Assembly (NCBI GenBank): GCA_950097015.1
Contig: CATNEN010000038.1
Span: 32,240,001 to 32,304,000, forward strand
DNA: 64,000 nucleotides
Source: Macrostomum hystrix
Lineage: Eukaryota > Animalia > Platyhelminthes
Direction of reading: 5' to 3'
This document shows, one piece after another, positions 49,501 to 64,000 of this stretch. A program made the translations under genes and the position numbers. The notes below the pieces were generated by a model. That model was not told the origin of the DNA, searched no databases, and was given only the letters and a program-made list of their open reading frames with translations. Position 1 is the stretch's first letter; each line of letters begins with the position of its first letter.

Positions 49501-52500
49501 CAGATTGTGCAACATTCACTGATTCCATCATTCACAGATTGTGCATCATTCACTGATTCCATCATTCACAGATTGTGCAACATTCACTGATTCCATCATT
49601 CACAGATTGTGCAACATTCACTGATTCCATCATTCACAGATTGTGCATCATTCACTGATTCTACCATTCACAGATTGTGCAACATTCACTGATTCCATCA
49701 TTCACAGATTGTGCAACATTCACTGATTCCATCATTCACAGATTGTGCAACATTCACGGATTCCATCATTCACAGATTGTGCAACATTCACTGATTCCAT
49801 CATTCACAGATTGTGCAACATTCACTGATTCCATCATTCACAGATTGTGCAACATTCACTGATTCCATCATTCACAGATTGTGCAACATTCACTGATTCC
49901 ATCATTCACAGATTGTGCAACATTCACTGATTCCATCATTCACAGATTGTGCAACATTCACTGATTCCATCATTCACAGATTGTGCAACATTCACTGATT
50001 CCATCATTCACAGATTGTGGAACATTCACTGATTCCATCATTCACAGATTGTGCAACATTCACTGATTCCATCATTCACAGATTGTGCAACATTCACTGA
50101 TTCCATCATTCACAGATTGTGCAACATTCACTGATTCCATCATTCACAGATTGTGCAACATTCACTGATTCCATCATTCACAGATTGTGCAACATTCACT
50201 GATTCCATCATTCACAGATTGTGCAACATTCACTGATTCCATCATTCACAGATTGTGCAACATTCACTGATTCCATCATTCACAGATTGTGCAACATTCA
50301 CTGATTCCATGATTCACAGATTGTGCAACATTCACTGATTCCATCATTCACAGATTGTGCAACATTCACTGATTCCATCATTCACAGATTGTGCAACATT
50401 TACTGATTCCATGATTCACAGATTGTGCAACAACATTCACTGATTCCATCATTCACGGATTGTGCAACATTCACTGATTCCATCATTCACAGATTGTGCA
50501 ACATTCACTGATTCCATCATTCACAGATTGTGCAACATTCACTGATTCCATCATTCACAGATTGTGCAACATTCACTGATTCCATCATTCACAGATTGTG
50601 CAACATTCACTAATTCCATGATTCACAGATTGTGCAACAACATTCACTGATTCCATCATTCACAGATTGTGCAACATTCACTGATTCCATCATTCACAGA
50701 TTGTGCAACATTCTCTGATTCCATGATTCACAGATTGTGCAACAACATTCACTGATTCCATCATTCACGGATTGTGCAACATTCACTGATTCCATAATTC
50801 ACAGATTGTGCAACATTCACTAATTCCATGATTCACAGATTGTGCAACAACATTCACTGATTCCATCATTCACAGATTGTGCAACATTCACTGATTCCAT
50901 CATTCACAGATTGTGCAACATTCACTGATTCCATCATTCACAGATTGTGCAACATTCACTGATTCCATGATTCACAGATTGTGCAACAACATTCACTGAT
51001 TCCATCATTCACGGATTGTGCAACATTCACTGATTCCATCATTCACAGATTGTGCAACATTCACTGATTCCATGATTCACAGATTGTGCAACATTCACTG
51101 ATTCCATCATTCACAGATTGTGCAACATTCACTGATTCCATCATTCACAGATTGTGCAACATTCACTGATTCCATGATTCACAGATTGTGCAACATTCAC
51201 TGATTCCATCATTCACAGATTGTGCAACAACATTCACTGATTCCATCATTCACAGATTGTGCAACATTCTCTGATTCCATCATTCACAGATTGTGCAACA
51301 ACATTCACTGATTCCATGATTCACAGATTGTGCAACATTCACTGATTCCATCATTCACAGATTGTGCAACATTCACTGATTCCATCATTCACAGATTGTG
51401 CAACATTTACTGATTCCATGATTCACAGATTGTGCAACAACATTCACTGATTCCATCATTCACGGATTGTGCAACATTCACTGATTCCATCATTCACAGA
51501 TTGTGCAACATTCACTGATTCCATCATTCACAGATTGTGCAACATTCACTGATTCCATCATTCACAGATTGTGCAACATTCACTGATTCCATTATTCACA
51601 GATTGTGCAACATTCACTGATTCCATGATTCACAGATTGTGCAACAACATTCACTGATTCCATCATTCACAGATTGTGCAACATTCTCTGATTCCATCAT
51701 TCACAGATTGTGCAACATTCACTGATTCCATCATTCACAGATTGTGCAACATTCACTGATTCCATCATTCACAGATTGTGCAACATTCACTGATTCCATC
51801 ATTCACAGATTGTGCAACATTCACTGATTCCATCATTCACAGATTGTGCAACATTCACTAATTCCATGATTCACAGATTGTGCAACAACATTCACTGATT
51901 CCATCATTCACAGATTGTGCAACATTCACTGATTCCATCATTCACAGATTGTGCAACATTCACTGATTCCATAATTCACAGATTGTGCAACATTCACTGA
52001 TTCCATCATTCACAGATTGTGCAACATTCACTGATTCCATCATTCACAGATTGTGCATCATTCACTGATTCCATCATTCACAGATTGTGCAACATTCACT
52101 GATTCCATCATTCACAGATTGTGCAACATTCACTGATTCCATCATTCACAGATTGTGCATCATTCACTGATTCTACCATTCACAGATTGTGCAACATTCA
52201 CTGATTCCATCATTCACAGATTGTGCAACATTCACTGATTCCATCATTCACAGATTGTGCAACATTCACGGATTCCATCATTCACAGATTGTGCAACATT
52301 CACTGATTCCATCATTCACAGATTGTGCAACATTCACTGATTCCATCATTCACAGATTGTGCAACATTCACTGATTCCATCATTCACAGATTGTGCAACA
52401 TTCACTGATTCCATCATTCACAGATTGTGCAACATTCACTGATTCCATCATTCACAGATTGTGCAACATTCACTGATTCCATCATTCACAGATTGTGCAA

Positions 52501-55500
52501 CATTCACTGATTCCATCATTCACAGATTGTGCAACATTCACTGATTCCATCATTCACAGATTGTGCAACATTCACTGATTCCATCATTCACAGATTGTGC
52601 AACATTCACTGATTCCATCATTCACAGATTGTGCAACATTCACTGATTCCATCATTCACAGATTGTGCAACATTCACTGATTCCATCATTCACAGATTGT
52701 GCAACATTCACTGATTCCATCATTCACAGATTGTGCAACATTCACTGATTCCATCATTCACAGATTGTGCAACATTCACTGATTCCATCATTCACAGATT
52801 GTGCAACATTTACTGATTCCATGATTCACAGATTGTGCAACAACATTCACTGATTCCATCATTCACGGATTGTGCAACATTCACTGATTCCATCATTCAC
52901 AGATTGTGCAACATTTACTGATTCCATGATTCACAGATTGTGCAACAACATTCACTGATTCCATCATTCACGGATTGTGCAACATTCACTGATTCCATCA
53001 TTCACAGATTGTGCAACATTCACTGATTCCATCATTCACAGATTGTGCAACATTCACTGATTCCATCATTCACAGATTGTGCAACATTCACTGATTCCAT
53101 CATTCACAGATTGTGCAACATTCACTAATTCCATGATTCACAGATTGTGCAACAACATTCACTGATTCCATCATTCACAGATTGTGCAACATTCACTGAT
53201 TCCATCATTCACAGATTGTGCAACATTCACTGATTCCATAATTCACAGATTGTGCATGATACACTGATTCCATCATTCACAGATTGTGCAACATTCACTG
53301 ATTCCATAATTCACAGATTGTGCAACATTCACTAATTCCATGATTCACAGATTGTGCAACAACATTCACTGATTCCATCATTCACAGATTGTGCAACATT
53401 CACTGATTCCATCATTCACAGATTGTGCAACATTCACTGATTCCATCATTCACAGATTGTGCAACATTTACTGATTCCATGATTCACAGATTGTGCAACA
53501 ACATTCACTGATTCCATCATTCACGGATTGTGCAACATTCACTGATTCCATCATTCACAGATTGTGCAACATTCACTGATTCCATGATTCACAGATTGTG
53601 CAACATTCACTGATTCCATCATTCACAGATTGTGCAACATTCACTGATTCCATCATTCACAGATTGTGCAACATTCACTGATTCCATGATTCACAGATTG
53701 TGCAACATTCACTGATTCCATCATTCACAGATTGTGCAACATTCACTGATTCCATGATTCACAGATTGTGCAACAACATTCACTGATTCCATCATTCACA
53801 GATTGTGCAACATTCACTGATTCCATCATTCACAGATTGTGCAACATTCACTGATTCCATTATTCACAGATTGTGCAACATTCACTGATTCCATCATTCA
53901 CAGATTGTGCAACATTTACTGATTCCATGATTCACAGATTGTGCAACAACATTCACTGATTCCATCATTCACGGATTGTGCAACATTCACTGATTCCATC
54001 ATTCACAGATTGTGCAACATTCACTGATTCCATCATTCACAGATTGTGCAACATTCACTGATTCCATCATTCACAGATTGTGCAACATTCACTGATTCCA
54101 TTATTCACAGATTGTGCAACATTCACTGATTCCATGATTCACAGATTGTGCAACAACATTCACTGATTCCATCATTCACAGATTGTGCAACATTCTCTGA
54201 TTCCATCATTCACAGATTGTGCAACATTCACTGATTCCATCATTCACAGATTGTGCAACATTCACTGATTCCATCATTCACAGATTGTGCAACATTCACT
54301 GATTCCATCATTCACAGATTGTGCAACATTCACTGATTCCATCATTCACAGATTGTGCAACATTCACTAATTCCATGATTCACAGATTGTGCAACAACAT
54401 TCACTGATTCCATCATTCACAGATTGTGCAACATTCACTGATTCCATCATTCACAGATTGTGCAACATTCACTGATTCCATAATTCACAGATTGTGCAAC
54501 ATTCACTGATTCCATCATTCACAGATTGTGCAACATTCACTGATTCCATCATTCACAGATTGTGCATCATTCACTGATTCCATCATTCACAGATTGTGCA
54601 ACATTCACTGATTCCATCATTCACAGATTGTGCAACATTCACTGATTCCATCATTCACAGATTGTGCATCATTCACTGATTCCATCATTCACAGATTGTG
54701 CAACATTCACTGATTCCATCATTCACAGATTGTGCAACATTCACTGATTCCATCATTCACAGATTGTGCATCATTCACTGATTCTACCATTCACAGATTG
54801 TGCAACATTCACTGATTCCATCATTCACAGATTGTGCAACATTCACTGATTCCATCATTCATAGATTGTGCAACATTCACGGATTCCATCATTCACAGAT
54901 TGTGCAACATTCACTGATTCCATCATTCACAGATTGTGCAACATTCACTGATTCCATCATTCACAGATTGTGCAACATTCACTGATTCCATCATTCACAG
55001 ATTGTGCAACATTCACTGATTCCATCATTCACAGATTGTGCAACATTCACTGATTCCATCATTCACAGATTGTGCAACATTCACTGATTCCATCATTCAC
55101 AGATTGTGCAACATTCACTGATTCCATGATTCACAGATTGTGCAACAACATTCACTGATTCCATCATTCACAGATTGTGCAACATTCACTGATTCCATCA
55201 TTCACAGATTGTGCAACATTCACTGATTCCATTATTCACAGATTGTGCAACATTCACTGATTCCATCATTCACAGATTGTGCAACATTCACTGATTCCAT
55301 CATTCACAGATTGTGCAACATTCACTGATTCCATGATTCACAGATTGTGCAACAACATTCACTGATTCCATCATTCACAGATTGTGCAACATTCACTGAT
55401 TCCATCATTCACAGATTGTGCAACATTCACTGATTCCATTATTCACAGATTGTGCAACATTCACTGATTCCATCATTCACAGATTGTGCAACATTCACTG

Positions 55501-58500
55501 ATTCCATCATTCACAGATTGTGCAACATTCACTGATTCCATGATTCACAGATTGTGCAACAACATTCACTGATTCCATCATTCACAGATTGTGCAACATT
55601 CACTGATTCCATCATTCACAGATTGTGCAACATTCACTGATTCCATTATTCACAGATTGTGCAACATTCACTGATTCCATCATTCACAGATTGTGCAACA
55701 TTTACTGATTCCATGATTCACAGATTGTGCAACAACATTCACTGATTCCATCATTCACGGATTGTGCAACATTCACTGATTCCATCATTCACAGATTGTG
55801 CAACATTCACTGATTCCATCATTCACAGATTGTGCAACATTCACTGATTCCATCATTCACAGATTGTGCAACATTCACTGATTCCATTATTCACAGATTG
55901 TGCAACATTCACTGATTCCATGATTCACAGATTGTGCAACAACATTCACTGATTCCATCATTCACAGATTGTGCAACATTCTCTGATTCCATCATTCACA
56001 GATTGTGCAACATTCACTGATTCCATCATTCACAGATTGTGCAACATTCACTGATTCCATCATTCACAGATTGTGCAACATTCACTGATTCCATCATTCA
56101 CAGATTGTGCAACATTCACTGATTCCATCATTCACAGATTGTGCAACATTCACTAATTCCATGATTCACAGATTGTGCAACAACATTCACTGATTCCATC
56201 ATTCACAGATTGTGCAACATTCACTGATTCCATCATTCACAGATTGTGCAACATTCACTGATTCCATAATTCACAGATTGTGCAACATTCACTGATTCCA
56301 TCATTCACAGATTGTGCAACATTCACTGATTCCATCATTCACAGATTGTGCATCATTCACTGATTCCATCATTCACAGATTGTGCAACATTCACTGATTC
56401 CATCATTCACAGATTGTGCAACATTCACTGATTCCATCATTCACAGATTGTGCATCATTCACTGATTCCATCATTCACAGATTGTGCAACATTCACTGAT
56501 TCCATCATTCACAGATTGTGCAACATTCACTGATTCCATCATTCACAGATTGTGCATCATTCACTGATTCTACCATTCACAGATTGTGCAACATTCACTG
56601 ATTCCATCATTCACAGATTGTGCAACATTCACTGATTCCATCATTCACAGATTGTGCAACATTCACGGATTCCATCATTCACAGATTGTGCAACATTCAC
56701 TGATTCCATCATTCACAGATTGTGCAACATTCACTGATTCCATCATTCACAGATTGTGCAACATTCACTGATTCCATCATTCACAGATTGTGCAACATTC
56801 ACTGATTCCATCATTCACAGATTGTGCAACATTCACTGATTCCATCATTCACAGATTGTGCAACATTCACTGATTCCATCATTCACAGATTGTGCAACAT
56901 TCACTGATTCCATCATTCACAGATTGTGCAACATTCACTGATTCCATCATTCACAGATTGTGCAACATTCACTGATTCCATCATTCACAGATTGTGCAAC
57001 ATTCACTGATTCCATCATTCACAGATTGTGCAACATTCACTGATTCCATCATTCACAGATTGTGCAACATTCACTGATTCCATCATTCACAGATTGTGCA
57101 ACATTCACTGATTCCATCATTCACAGATTGTGCAACATTCACTGATTCCATCATTCACAGATTGTGCAACATTCACTGATTCCATCATTCACAGATTGTG
57201 CAACATTTACTGATTCCATGATTCACAGATTGTGCAACAACATTCACTGATTCCATCATTCACGGATTGTGCAACATTCACTGATTCCATCATTCACAGA
57301 TTGTGCAACATTTACTGATTCCATGATTCACAGATTGTGCAACAACATTCACTGATTCCATCATTCACGGATTGTGCAACATTCACTGATTCCATCATTC
57401 ACAGATTGTGCAACATTCACTGATTCCATCATTCACAGATTGTGCAACATTCACTGATTCCATCATTCACAGATTGTGCAACATTCACTGATTCCATCAT
57501 TCACAGATTGTGCAACATTCACTAATTCCATGATTCACAGATTGTGCAACAACATTCACTGATTCCATCATTCACAGATTGTGCAACATTCACTGATTCC
57601 ATCATTCACAGATTGTGCAACATTCACTGATTCCATAATTCACAGATTGTGCATGATACACTGATTCCATCATTCACAGATTGTGCAACATTCACTGATT
57701 CCATAATTCACAGATTGTGCAACATTCACTAATTCCATGATTCACAGATTGTGCAACAACATTCACTGATTCCATCATTCACAGATTGTGCAACATTCAC
57801 TGATTCCATCATTCACAGATTGTGCAACATTCACTGATTCCATCATTCACAGATTGTGCAACATTTACTGATTCCATGATTCACAGATTGTGCAACAACA
57901 TTCACTGATTCCATCATTCACGGATTGTGCAACATTCACTGATTCCATCATTCACAGATTGTGCAACATTCACTGATTCCATGATTCACAGATTGTGCAA
58001 CATTCACTGATTCCATCATTCACAGATTGTGCAACATTCACTGATTCCATCATTCACAGATTGTGCAACATTCACTGATTCCATGATTCACAGATTGTGC
58101 AACATTCACTGATTCCATCATTCACAGATTGTGCAACATTCACTGATTCCATGATTCACAGATTGTGCAACAACATTCACTGATTCCATCATTCACAGAT
58201 TGTGCAACATTCACTGATTCCATCATTCACAGATTGTGCAACATTCACTGATTCCATTATTCACAGATTGTGCAACATTCACTGATTCCATCATTCACAG
58301 ATTGTGCAACATTTACTGATTCCATGATTCACAGATTGTGCAACAACATTCACTGATTCCATCATTCACGGATTGTGCAACATTCACTGATTCCATCATT
58401 CACAGATTGTGCAACATTCACTGATTCCATCATTCACAGATTGTGCAACATTCACTGATTCCATCATTCACAGATTGTGCAACATTCACTGATTCCATTA

Positions 58501-59893
58501 TTCACAGATTGTGCAACATTCACTGATTCCATGATTCACAGATTGTGCAACAACATTCACTGATTCCATCATTCACAGATTGTGCAACATTCTCTGATTC
58601 CATCATTCACAGATTGTGCAACATTCACTGATTCCATCATTCACAGATTGTGCAACATTCACTGATTCCATCATTCACAGATTGTGCAACATTCACTGAT
58701 TCCATCATTCACAGATTGTGCAACATTCACTGATTCCATCATTCACAGATTGTGCAACATTCACTAATTCCATGATTCACAGATTGTGCAACAACATTCA
58801 CTGATTCCATCATTCACAGATTGTGCAACATTCACTGATTCCATCATTCACAGATTGTGCAACATTCACTGATTCCATAATTCACAGATTGTGCAACATT
58901 CACTGATTCCATCATTCACAGATTGTGCAACATTCACTGATTCCATCATTCACAGATTGTGCATCATTCACTGATTCCATCATTCACAGATTGTGCAACA
59001 TTCACTGATTCCATCATTCACAGATTGTGCAACATTCACTGATTCCATCATTCACAGATTGTGCATCATTCACTGATTCTACCATTCACAGATTGTGCAA
59101 CATTCACTGATTCCATCATTCACAGATTGTGCAACATTCACTGATTCCATCATTCACAGATTGTGCAACATTCACGGATTCCATCATTCACAGATTGTGC
59201 AACATTCACTGATTCCATCATTCACAGATTGTGCAACATTCACTGATTCCATCATTCACAGATTGTGCAACATTCACTGATTCCATCATTCACAGATTGT
59301 GCAACATTCACTGATTCCATCATTCACAGATTGTGCAACATTCACTGATTCCATCATTCACAGATTGTGCAACATTCACTGATTCCATCATTCACAGATT
59401 GTGCAACATTCACTGATTCCATCATTCACAGATTGTGGAACATTCACTGATTCCATCATTCACAGATTGTGCAACATTCACTGATTCCATCATTCACAGA
59501 TTGTGCATCATTCACTGATTCTACCATTCACAGATTGTGCAACATTCACTGATTCCATCATTCACAGATTGTGCAACATTCACTGATTCCATCATTCACA
59601 GATTGTGCAACATTCACTGATTCCATCATTCACAGATTGTGCAACATTCACTGATTCCATCATTCACAGATTGTGCAACATTCACTGATTCCATCATTCA
59701 CAGATTGTGCAACATTCACTGATTCCATGATTCACAGATTGTGCAACATTCACTGATTCCATCATTCACAGATTGTGCAACATTCACTGATTCTACCATT
59801 CACAGATTGTGCAACATTCACTGATTCCATCATTCACAGATTGTGCAACATTCACTGATTCTACCATTCACAAATGGATTTCACGATTCACAG
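40551..59893. repeat. 19.3-kb satellite array, 34-bp unit (CATTCACTGATTCCATCATTCACAGATTGTGCAA)n, ~560 copies
   Basis: Direct periodicity; the unit is a 16+18 dimer of CATTCACWGATT; 37-bp (+CAA) variants recur. Confidence 0.99.
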
Positions 59894-60898
59894 ACTTGTT
59901 CATCACAGGTTTATAAAAATCACGGCTGTATTTGCTGTTCATACAATTAATTTTGCAAAAATCTTAGTTTTTAGAAGTCTGCATTTAGACAATTTTGATC
60001 ATTGCTAGCGATATACCGGCTGTATAATTTATGTGCAGATATTGCCGATCAGTCTCAGTGCCTCAAATAATGTATCCAAACTTCACTATTTTATTTACTT
60101 CCATCACAGACAGTCGCAGGAAATTTAAGAACGAAATCCACAATCTTTCTGCTGCACTTTTAGAACGCAGAATTGGTCTTTCTGCTCCACTCTCTCTTGT
60201 GACCTACTCAATTAATTTTCTCCCATTTGACGCTGGAAATGAAGACGACAGCTAGCTGCTCAGCCTCAGACAGAGAGACAGACACTGCTGAGGAGAAATG
60301 GAGAGGGAAAAATATTTGGCCCTCAAATTGGCACGACAGTAATTTTCACTTCTGAGCAAACAGTCGTCTAGACTCTCGATCTGGTCTCACTACCCTGCTC
60401 TCTCACTGACAGCATTAGTAAAATAGTTAATATCCATATCATTAATATGCATAAATATTAACACAAAAATCTAATAATGTTTTCCGCCAGCAAATAATCA
60501 TTTGGGAATAAACTGCATCGAGAAGGGGAAATAAAAACATCATCTGTGTCTTTTTATTTCTCGTCTACGAAATTTTTTATATTAATATCCTATTCTATAC
60601 AAGCTGCATATGTACGAATACGAATTTTAATGTACTTTTTATCACCAGACGAATCTACTTTTTTCCGACTTCTCTACTGCTCTTAGTGTGGTATGTATAT
60701 AGTGTGAGAATGATTTGATTTTTATCGTTTAACGAAGTCTGTCGCTAATATAGCTATATAGGCAAAGTTTACAAGCCATTACTAATGTGTATGAGATCTA
60801 TTACACTGTCACGAGAATGTTACAGTTGATTGAACGATGCGGACATTGTGTACTCGATGCTATACCTAATTCCACAATGCCCTCCTCACATACTCAAG

Positions 60899-61000
60899 TC
60901 TGGCTGAACGCCGTCGGCTCCCAGAACGGCGCAGCCAGAGAGGAAGAACTCGCCCGCTCTCTGCCATTCTGCGACATGGCGACCGGCACGAAGAATAGGG
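60899..61000 (+). CDS. Candidate exon of unknown plus-strand gene (WLNAVGSQNGAAREEELARSLPFCDMATGTKNR)
   Basis: ctcaag| acceptor, G|gtgagc donor, phase 1-1; only this frame is open; GC-rich. Confidence 0.55.
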
Positions 61001-61657
61001 GTGAGCGGCTTGGCCTGATAATATCGAAGGTCTCGAGTTCGAATCTTATTTGCCCCATTTGAATTTAACATACTGCAAATTATTAACAGTAGAACTACCA
61101 AGAGGGGGGACTTAAGAACAAGTGCCAACTTTCTTTGCGCATCTTCTAAAACAAGAATCAAGTCGCCAGCTACACAGACCGTCGAGATATTCAATGGTTC
61201 TGGCTGAAGGTCAGATTTTAGCTATAAGCGCTTATACACGAATTAGCACTGCGCCTCAGTGCGGCCTTGCAAGGGCCTTCAAAATTTATCGGCATGTCAT
61301 ACGAATGTGCCTAATTCATCATGTGTGTCTTCTGTGGTTGCCCGTGCTTTATCTAGACGAACTGCTGGACCTTCAAGGGCTATAACAGGCAGAACTAAGC
61401 CACCATGGACACCCGGCCTGACGAGAATTTCTCCAATTTCACTGATCAAGCCTAAATATATATTTGTTTTTAAACAGGCGCAGCTCAAACACAGGACACC
61501 ATCGCCTAGTCTGTCTACCAATCAGTCACCAACTGACGCTGCAGTTAGCATTCAGGCGCTGCCAGAAAAGTTTCAGTGGGGTGTATAAAAAACGGGCGGC
61601 AAAATAGCTTGGTAGTCCGACTGTTAAGTTCACCTAGCTTTAAAACGGGTACCAGTA

Positions 61658-61963
61658 TAATTAATAATAATAATAATAATTTGCAGAAGGGCTACTGGAA
61701 ATGGCACATCATTAGGTGACACCTAATGAGGCAATTCTGCCCATTTCGCTGACTCCTGAGCACACACGCACACAGATACCGTACGCAGGCATACGCTCAC
61801 ACAGGTGTGTACACCTGCCCTGACTTTCTCATCGTCAGGCAGTGAACACTCTCACCTTGGAGGTTGACCCTTAATGGCGTAAATTGCACGACAAGCCCCC
61901 AAGCCCTCTCTCCACGGCTGCGCCCCAAATAAATGTGGCCCCACCGCGGAATCGAGCTAAGGG
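61658..61963 (-). mobile_element. SINE family A copy, 5'-truncated within the tRNA head, (TTA)n tail, no MITE
   Basis: Colinear with 28217-28360 and 28784-28855 (AAGCCCCCAAGCC...AAATAAATGTGGCC..CCGCGGAATCGAGCT). Confidence 0.85.
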
Positions 61964-62035
61964 TCTATATCTGTCCTGGGCGTCTATCTGTCTATTAGAT
62001 TACAATCATATGTCAAGCTGCATATGTAATTTTAG

Positions 62036-62140
62036 TTGTTCAACGCGACCCAATTTCTGGCCTTGGCCTGCTGGGCAGCGAGTTCGACCCGCTCCGTGAG
62101 AACTCGATGCGTTCGAGATCCCAGTGTTCTAGGGATCAGG
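62036..62140 (+). CDS. Exon of unknown gene (VQRDPISGLGLLGSEFDPLRENSMRSRSQCSRDQ)
   Basis: ttttag| acceptor, G|gtgagc donor, 105 nt, phase 1-1. Confidence 0.65.
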
Positions 62141-62151
62141 GTGAGCACCCG

Positions 62152-62153
62152 CC

Positions 62154-62210
<57 letters not shown>

Positions 62211-62245
62211 GCCTGTCTGTCTATCTGTCTGTCTGTCTGCCTGCC

Positions 62246-62322
<77 letters not shown>

Positions 62323-62353
62323 GCCTGCCTGTCTGTCTGTCTGCCTGCCTGCC

Positions 62354-62390
<37 letters not shown>

Positions 62391-62393
62391 GCC

Positions 62394-62478
<85 letters not shown>

Positions 62479-62493
62479 GCCTGTCTGTCTGTC
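62152..62493. repeat. (TCTG)n microsatellite, intronic
   Basis: Tetranucleotide run with CCTG interruptions. Confidence 0.98.
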
Positions 62494-62534
62494 CAGTACT
62501 CAGTCGGTCTCCACCAGACCATATCCCATTCCAG

Positions 62535-62624
62535 GAGACCGCAATCCCATCCTGGGCCAGGGCAATCTCGGCGAAGAGAACACAGGATTTCGTCGACAAT
62601 TCAGCGTCCGCTGTCGAGGCGAAT
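62535..62624 (+). CDS. Exon of unknown gene (GDRNPILGQGNLGEENTGFRRQFSVRCRGE)
   Basis: cccattccag| acceptor, T|gtaagt donor, 90 nt, phase 1-1. Confidence 0.65.
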
Positions 62625-62745
62625 GTAAGTTTAATCTCTTTGAAATAAGGTTTTTTTGGAATCGGCTGCAGATAATTTTAACAGTCTGTGGAACATACTA
62701 CTTGTAGTACTTATTTGTGTTTTAATAATTTTTTTCGCAAAACAG

Positions 62746-62844
62746 ATCGCAATCCAATCTACCTGAGCGGCAGTGACAGCACGGAGCCTGAGTTGGACTT
62801 GCTTAGGCCCAACAATCGCCCAGCCAAGACCATGGTTCAGCAGG
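62746..62844 (+). CDS. Exon of unknown gene (YRNPIYLSGSDSTEPELDLLRPNNRPAKTMVQQ)
   Basis: T-rich tract with aacag| acceptor, G|gtgagc donor, 99 nt, phase 1-1. Confidence 0.65.
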
Positions 62845-62884
62845 GTGAGCGAATTCATCTATCAGTTATAATAAATCGATTGCC

Positions 62885-64000
62885 GGAATAGATTAGCAAT
62901 CCACTTGATTCCCGTCACAAATGGAATAGATTAGCAATCCACTTGATTCCCGTCACAGATGGAATAGATTAGTAATCCACTTGATTCCCGTCACAGATGG
63001 AATAGATTAGTAATCCACTTGATTCCCGTCACAAATGGAATAGATTAGCAATCCACTTGATTCCCGTCACAAATGGAATAGATTAGCAATCCACTTGATT
63101 CCCGTCACAGATGGAATAGATTAGTAATCCACTTGATTCCCGTCACAAATGGAATATATTAGCAATCCACTTGATTCCCGTCACAAATGGAATAGATTAG
63201 CAATCCACTTGATTCCCGTCACAAATGGAATAGATTAGCAATCTACTTGATTCCCGTCACAGATGGAATAGATTAGTAATCCACTTGATTCCCGTCACAA
63301 ATGGAATAGATTAGCAATCCACTTGATTCCCGTCACAAATGGAATAGATTAGCAATCTACTTGATTCCCGTCACAGATGGAATAGATTAGTAATCCACTT
63401 GATTCCCGTCACAAATGGAATAGATTAGTAATCCACTTGATTCCCGTCACAAATGGAATAGATTAGTAATCCACTTGATTCCCGTCACAAATGGAATAGA
63501 TTAGTAATCCACTTGATTCCCGTCACAAATGGAATAGATTAGCAATCTACTTGATTCCCGTCACAGATGGAATAGATTAGTAATCCACTTGATTCCCGTC
63601 ACAAATGGAATAGATTAGCAATCCACTTGATTCCCGTCACAAATGGAATAGATTAGCAATCTACTTGATTCCCGTCACAGATGGAATAGATTAGTAATCC
63701 ACTTGATTCCCGTCACAAATGGAATAGATTAGTAATCCACTTGATTCCCGTCACAAATGGAATAGATTAGCAATCCACTTGATTCCCGTCACAGATGGAA
63801 TAGATTAGCAATCCACTTGATTCCCGTCACAAATGGAATAGATTAGCAATCCACTTGATTCCCGTCACAAATGGAATAGATTAGCAATCCACTTGATTCC
63901 CGTCACAAATGGAATAGATTAGCAATCCACTTGATTCCCGTCACAAATGGAATAGATTAGCAATCCACTTGATTCCCGTCACAAATGGAATAGATTAGCA
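62885..64000. repeat. 38-bp minisatellite (GGAATAGATTAGCAATCCACTTGATTCCCGTCACAAAT)n, truncated by window end
   Basis: About 29 near-identical copies. Confidence 0.97.

Noticed and set aside
43173-59280. Eight identical 61-aa ORFs (MQHSLIPSFTDC...)
   Set aside because: They arise when a T-to-G variant removes a TGA in the satellite and start at GTG; useful only as higher-order repeat landmarks
40551-59893. CRISPR-like array (34-37-bp periodicity)
   Set aside because: Head-to-tail repeats with no unique spacers, no cas genes, and a eukaryotic intron-exon context
61400-61455. Perfect Kozak GCCACCATGG as the start of the plus-strand gene
   Set aside because: The frame closes after 16 codons with no donor site; it cannot be linked to the downstream exons

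Overview
Eukaryotic (animal) genomic DNA with intron-split genes; more than half of the window is tandem repeat. The dense minisatellites, GC-rich exons and poly-Ala tracts resemble a flatworm such as Macrostomum, but this is inference. I reconstructed three genes by hand from GT-AG sites and exon phases. (1) A minus-strand voltage-gated proton channel (Hv/HVCN1 family; exons 526-2417, probable far first exon 12379-12530; C-terminus runs off the window start). It keeps the selectivity Asp but has Leu in place of the first S4 Arg and a ~110-aa S1-S2 loop. (2) A minus-strand type I PI4P 5-kinase (PIP5K1; ~34.8 kb down to ~21.4 kb or further), directly upstream of the Hv gene. (3) A plus-strand gene from ~60.9 kb built of symmetric phase-1 exons carrying an R[DN]PI motif. 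Mobile elements include a tRNA-headed SINE family (3 copies). One copy sits in the 5' end of a PIP5K coding exon, apparently supplies a new in-frame splice acceptor, and itself carries a nested CCC-ended MITE. There is also a second SINE and a hAT-type MITE. A 19.3-kb 34-bp satellite with irregular higher-order structure separates the divergent genes. Most ORFs in the supplied track are repeat artefacts. No CRISPR array or prokaryotic feature is present.
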